64,000 bases of DNA from Glycera tridactyla (lineage: Eukaryota). Both the position numbers and the translations under genes were made by a program. Below are positions 60,773-64,000 of the stretch, piece by piece (position 1 is the first letter of the stretch; each line of letters opens with the position of its first letter). The stretch lies in the NCBI GenBank assembly GCA_965644265.1, contig OZ286475.1, positions 70,122,001 through 70,186,000 of the forward strand. Direction: 5' to 3'. The notes under the pieces were generated by a model. It was not told where the DNA came from. It ran no database searches and was given only the letters and a program-made list of their open reading frames with translations.

Positions 60773-61010
60773 TACTACTACTACTATTACTACTATTACT
60801 ACTATCATTATTATTATCATCCTCATGATTATCAGTATTACTAGTACTTCGATTATTACTACTATTACCAACACCACTCCACCATTGATTCTACGAACAC
60901 TACTACTGATACTGCTGCTCTAACTACTTCTACAGCGACGATGGTGACGACGATGATGACTTCGCTTGCACTACGAACCCTGCTTCAACTATGACCAACA
61001 CTACTACTAC

Positions 61011-63553
61011 GTAAGTAAGCTCTTTACCGCAATGCTAAGTAAAAGAATCTCTGGATACTACGAAAAATACAATCTGCTTGCAAACGAGCAGAACGGGTTT
61101 AGAGAAAAAAGGTCAACGCTCGATCATGTTTACACACTCCTAGAGATCTGCAGGGTAAGGAAAGGTATGAAATCAGATACATTTCTAGCATTTATTGACT
61201 ATGCCAAAGCCTTTGACTATGTAAGGTATGAGTACTTGTTTTATAAATTACAAAGGCTTGGCATAAATGGCAACGTTTATAACGTCATCAAAGCTTTATA
61301 CGAGAAACCCCAGAGCTGTGTACAATTGAATGGGCATCTCACGAGATGGTTCGATATCGTATCAGGGGTCAGACAAGGGGACTCATTAAGCCCCACCCTA
61401 TTTGCATCATTTATCAATGATTTAGCCGTTGAATTGAATCAATCTGAAACAGGTATTCAAGTCGGGGGAGAGAGAATCACGCTGTTGATGTACGCGGATG
61501 ATATTGTAATGTTAGCCCCAAACCCTGGCTGTACTCAAAAACAACTCAATATAATGACCTCTTGGTGCCGAAGATGGGGTATGAAAGTGAATGCTAAGAA
61601 AAGTCAAATCTTACATATCAGAAACTATCAAAAACCACGAAATAAGACCAAATTGTTTTGCTGTGAAGAAGAATTAATATACGTAGACAACTACAAATAC
61701 CTTGGATACCATGTCAATGAACATTTATCACATGAAAAAACCGTTTCTATACTCACTTCGGCAGCAGCGAGGTCATTTGGAGGTGTAATAAATATATTCA
61801 GATACCTCAAGAATATGGGGATCAATTCCTTTGAAACTCTGATAAACTCTAATATTTACACAATTGCAAATTATGCAGCTGGGGCCTGGGGCTTCCAAGA
61901 ATTTGAACAACCACAGGTATTGCAAAACCGCATTGCCAGATACTACCTTGGTACACATAGATTTACATCGGTGGAAGCAGTATTGTGTGAACTTGATTGG
62001 CTTGATATGAAGAACCTCAGATGGCTTGACATGATAAGATACATGAACAGGCTAATCAAAATGGATCAGCATCGACTCCCAGTGAAAGTCTGGAGATGGG
62101 AAAAATCATTGAATGTGGAATGCTGGGCCTCAGAAGTAGCACATATACTGTCATATCTAGGTATAGACACGGAACCATCCATTATAGACATACCATCATG
62201 CTGTGATATTATGAAAGCGAAACTGAGAAACAGAAGAGCACTAGTAAGGGATTCGAAACCAAAACTCCGCACGTACAACATTATAAGAGACCAAAACAAC
62301 ATTAGAGTAATGGTAGAAGAGAACATGAACAGACAAACCAGAAGCATACTTACTAAGTTCCTATGTGGAGTTCTACCTCTACATATCGAAACCGGGAGAT
62401 ACAAGGGACTAAAAGAAGATCAGAGGGTATGTCAAATATGCAATTCGGGTGAGATAGAAAATGAGATCCACTTTACACTATATTGTCAAGCTCTGGAAGA
62501 CATACGCAAACCCTTTCTCGATAATATCAGGGTCTCGGACTTTGGGACATTAGATGACCACAACAAATTGAAAACACTATTACATCCGGACAATATCAAA
62601 GAGTTTGCTATATGGCTAGAACATATGTATATGAACAGGAAAAAGATACTATATAAATAACATATCTGAGTATAATCCAGATGTCGGCATCAGAATAGGA
62701 TAATGCTTGCCATAGTTTACAAATTGAATGAATACAGAGCCCTTGCATTAGATCATTTATACCCACCTAGACTCACACAACAACATCCGGAAGGCAACAG
62801 CGCATTGTGAATGCCAGCCCCACAGCAAAGCGCTGAAGCCGTGTTCCAGCTTTGATACGAATCGATACTAGATTGTACATACTTATACTACGAAGAAAGC
62901 CTAACGTAGGAATAGTGTAATGCAAACGATTTGACACATACCATCATACGAGGTATCTGAGCATACAACTATGAAAGGGTATTGAGAACCCCGTGTGAAT
63001 AATATTGAATATATGTGTTTGCTAATGTGAATGTTGAATATATGTAGGCTAACAATATATTTATTCTAAATGTTAACCATTTATTACTGTTATCATCATT
63101 ATTAATGGAAACATTGTAAAGATTGACATGACGCTCTACAACCCAAAGGGATTTAATTTTTGAAATTTATAGTAAATAATATATGTTATCACTTATATAT
63201 TTATGTTATACCCGAATGAATCGGTATTGCAAGGATCGTATACAGAATATACACTAGGGAGATAAGACATTACCAAGGAATATCAATATTAATAACTCAA
63301 AGGATCCGTGATTAGTGGTATTAATGTGTTGTATTACAAGGTACTACTTACAGTCTAATAACCCCCCAGTGGGGTGGGAAATTATGATCAAGATATAGAT
63401 CAAGGTATGTTATTGGTTAATGAACAAAGTATTGAATATAAAAAAATGCATGCTATGAAAAGACCGGTATATTCACCTGATCGATGTTTATGTATACAAT
63501 GTAAAATTTCTAGACTGTATAATAAATTACGTCTTTACGTCTTTACGTCTTTA
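61011..63553 (+). mobile_element. 5'-truncated LINE (family gamma) with an open RT frame
   Basis: ORF to 62660 with EQNGFR, QGDSLSP, YADD, LHIETGRY, CQIC...ENEIHF; AATAAA plus (TTACGTCT)3 tail. Confidence 0.93.
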
Positions 63554-63569
63554 CTACTACTACCAATGC

Positions 63570-63608
<39 letters not shown>

Positions 63609-63620
63609 TTACTACTACTA

Positions 63621-64000
63621 GGATGCCTCATTGAAGAGATCAGGTTGGGTTTCCAACTTGAAGAGTATCTTTGCATATGCCTCAATGAAGGTTGATGTTG
63701 ATCATTTGGAAACTGTCGATTTGATGTATTACATGCAAGGTTGGTGAAGCTGAACCGGAATCAACTATGGCTAGAGGCGTCTTCTGAAAAAAAACTAAGG
63801 ACATATTTGAAGATTCATGACAATACTGTCACGAAAACCTTAGTCAACGTGGATATGAGGCGTCTAGATAGAAGCAACCTAGTGAAATTCAAGACGGGAG
63901 TTTTACCACTAGCCATGGAGACCGGAAGGTCCAAAGCTATACCAATTTCAGAGCGTATTTGCCAGTGTTGTGAAGATAAGGAGGTGGAAGATGAGGAACA
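63621..64000 (+). mobile_element. 5'-truncated LINE (family delta), runs off the window
   Basis: Begins after (TAC)n; translates to ...KLRTYLKIHD...LPLAMETGR...RICQCC...VEDEE. Confidence 0.85.

Overview
Eukaryotic (probably marine invertebrate) repeat-rich DNA. The centrepiece is a complete but mutated 22,277-bp Polinton/Maverick endogenous virus at 7656-29932. It has identical 95-bp TIRs (AGTAGT...ACTACT) and a 6-bp TSD (ACAAGT), and its empty site survives in a ~95-97% identical second copy of the flank at 48144-48149. Core genes: adenain-like protease, major and minor capsid proteins, integrase with chromodomain, packaging ATPase, and one giant ZnF-vOTU/TP-pPolB frame broken by three stops. 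Unusual accessory content: a NADAR-like domain fused to the pPolB C-terminus, a DP71L/ICP34.5/GADD34-like PP1 adaptor, a RING finger, PC4-like proteins, and an intact three-exon spliced membrane-protein gene. A TTAA-flanked MITE interrupts the minor capsid gene. The flanks are nested paralogous blocks with Tc1/mariner-type MITEs and at least four APE-RT LINE copies, all in (TAC)n arrays, sharing a covarying 3' RNA stem. All protein assignments come from motif recognition by eye; no searches were run.
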